Positions 61,484 to 64,000 of a DNA stretch of 64,000 nucleotides are shown piece by piece. The translations under genes and the position numbers were made by a program. Each line of letters starts with the position of its first letter. Position 1 is the first letter of the stretch. A model generated the notes under the pieces. That model was given only the letters and a program-made list of their open reading frames with translations. It had not been told where the DNA came from and did no database searches. The stretch lies in NCBI GenBank assembly GCA_012295275.1, contig CM022665.1, forward strand, positions 24,056,001 to 24,120,000, given 5' to 3'. This stretch comes from Chrysomallon squamiferum (taxonomy: Eukaryota; Animalia; Mollusca).

Positions 61484-64000
61484 CATTGTTGTTATTTTTA
61501 AACTCTATTTTCTATATTTATTATACATGAACAAACCTGGATTTTAAAAAATCACGAGTTCAGTAGAAAATTATTTATAATTTTCCTGTCTGGAGATCAA
61601 GGCTTTGGTCGAACTGACCTTGAAGTCTCCCAAATGAAAGACTCAAAATGATTAACTTTATTATTTACTAGATCAACGCTAGATAAGCCAAAGTATATAG
61701 AAATATTTTTATACTGTCCTGTATATCCATAACTTCATGCACAAAACAGGAAATCGTCGTTTTCATGGGACCTTGGAATTTCTTAATAAGGCGGCAATCA
61801 ATGGACGAGATATTCTTTTTAGATCAAAGTGACTTGCCAGAACTAACCACTTCAAGATGTAAATTCGCTAATTAACAACAAAAAGATCCTTTGTAAATGA
61901 TGGAAAGACACAATTTAGGTCAGAGAAGGTTGACATCGATTAGAACGCCTTTTCAGTTCAGGTATCAAGTCATCGAGCCTCGTTAATATAACAACTTACA
62001 AGCCAAAATATAGTATTGATTTGCCATCACTTGCTACCGAGGCTCTGGGAGAACTTACATTCAGACGGCGAGATGACTATAAAAGCGAACGCTATTGAAA
62101 TTGGCGACCAAGCAAATCGCGATTGAACCAAACGGATTTATGCTTCGAGCGACAAAAACACTAGTTCATGTGATAGGAATTTTTTTTACGAATTCTGGTA
62201 AGTACGTTGATACGTTGCATTCTTTACATGGCCTAATCGTATTTAACTTAAGTTTCAGATTTACAGAAATTTAATTTTTGGACGACGAGAAACGTCTATC
62301 TCAGTGGATATTTACAGGATTGATTTCCTGGAAAAATCGTTAAACACTGACTAGGGACAGTTCATCCCGGATATACACAAATGTCGATCATTAGCGCATT
62401 ACGCTTTGGTTTGACTTTAAAAAACTGTTACAACAGTTCATATACCGAAGAACATTAAAGATTTTCTTCTTTTTTTTAAATATTTTTTCTTCTGTCTGAT
62501 CAATTGGATATTAGTTTACAAACTAACAGTACTATAGATAAATACTATAAAATAATAATAATAATAATACACAAAGAAAAAAAAATCAGATCCACAAATA
62601 AATGGGTGAAAGAGATAAGCGATAAAGTTTTATATCCATACAAACAAGGTTATGAAATTTGAGATTTCTTTGGTAGGAATGTCTAGAATATTATGTTTTT
62701 AATATAGAATACTTAGAGCAGAATCTCGTTATGTCCAAAAAGTAACAATGTTAAGATCGATGACCCACTTGGCTGAATGCTCCGGCGTTATATACAAAGC
62801 ATTTATAATCGAAGATGGAAAAACCTAACTGACAAACAACCTGATTTTAAAGATCATTTAAAAAATAAATAAATAAATAAATAAATAAATAGATAATTTT
62901 AACTATTTCCGAAGTTGAAAAATATCTACATCATGGTTCTCCTCTTAACATTCGATACATATTTGACCGGAACCAGGATACGTTCTCAGTTACTACCAGG
63001 CTCGTGTTAAACAAAGCTGCATCATCGCTAAAGACAATGCGATCTGACTCGCTGATTGCCCTTTATCGATTAACATTCCTCTGTGAGACAGATTCGTACG
63101 GACAAAATGGTCTACCTTCGTCTTACTCATTCCCGTGACGTCTGTGAACCATGAGTTTCCAAGTTGGCTATGCCAGTTAATTCTGTCCAGTTTGATAGAA
63201 AATATCTTTCGAGATTACAAGGACGTAGAGTCTGCAGAAGTAACAGAAAATGGATACACCCTATTCTATAACTGTGAAAAAGGAATGTTAAAACACAAAT
63301 TCTTAGAAGATTTTTTTTTTTTTTTTTTTTTTTTTGGTATCGTAAAACTTAGAGTAACGAAGGAATGGTAGTCGTATCAAATTACTGACACCGTAGTACG
63401 TATCTATGCTGTTTCAAAACAAAATGCGAACTCAGTAAATGAATGTATGTGAAAATAAATAAATAAAAGCAAACTAAACAAATATGATTCTTTGATTCAT
63501 ATAATTAGTTTATCTGTCTGTCTGTTGTTGTAACCTAAAATATGCTCGTATAAACGAAAGTTGTTTGTTAAGATATATGAGAAAAGGAAGCAGTTTAGTA
63601 GGTAAAAATGTAGGTTATAAAAAGGTAGAGATGGTTGTCTTCGTACGTAGACAATGGCGTTTGTATGTATATTTTTTACCTTTGGTAAAACAGAAATACT
63701 TTTGCTGTGGATCAAATAAATTAATAATAATAACAACAACAACAACAATAATAATAATAATAATAACAATTATTATTGTTATTACTGTTATTATTATCTA
63801 TAGCAGGAAATATTAAAAGTCTGCTTCTGCTTCTTCTGCTACTACTGTTACTACGAGAACAACGGCAACTACTGTTACTGCTACTACTGCTACTGACATA
63901 TGGTCAATTATCGCTATTTCTTTGTCTATAATTTCCGTTACTGCTGTTTTTTTCTGCTCTTACTACTACAGCAGAATTTAAAGTTATTCTCCACGCAACA

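Overview
Very AT-rich, microsatellite-laden animal (non-prokaryotic) DNA. The decayed SINEs resemble ones I recall from gastropod molluscs, but that taxonomic hint is inference. Two intact spliced genes sit head-to-head in the first ~16 kb: RTRAF/C14orf166/hCLE (minus strand, 8 coding exons, 877-6500, 247 aa) and a CCDC85-family coiled-coil gene (plus strand, 6 coding exons, 7963-12388, 658 aa) with an unusually long Pro/Ser/His-rich C-terminal tail. I assembled the exons by hand with GT-AG boundaries and continuous reading frame. The remaining ~47 kb has no recognisable protein-coding gene. It holds a hAT MITE with a perfect 8-bp TSD nested in a SINE, other SINE relics, many microsatellites, a tandem duplication, a long palindrome, a CTCF-like site and many CpG-retaining islands that look regulatory. 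CpG is sharply depleted in the two gene bodies but not in the promoter or the desert, the expected footprint of invertebrate gene-body methylation. I found no convincing new biological system. The best leads are the CCDC85 tail, the divergent gene pair, the regulatory desert and a few structured or orphan-ORF elements.
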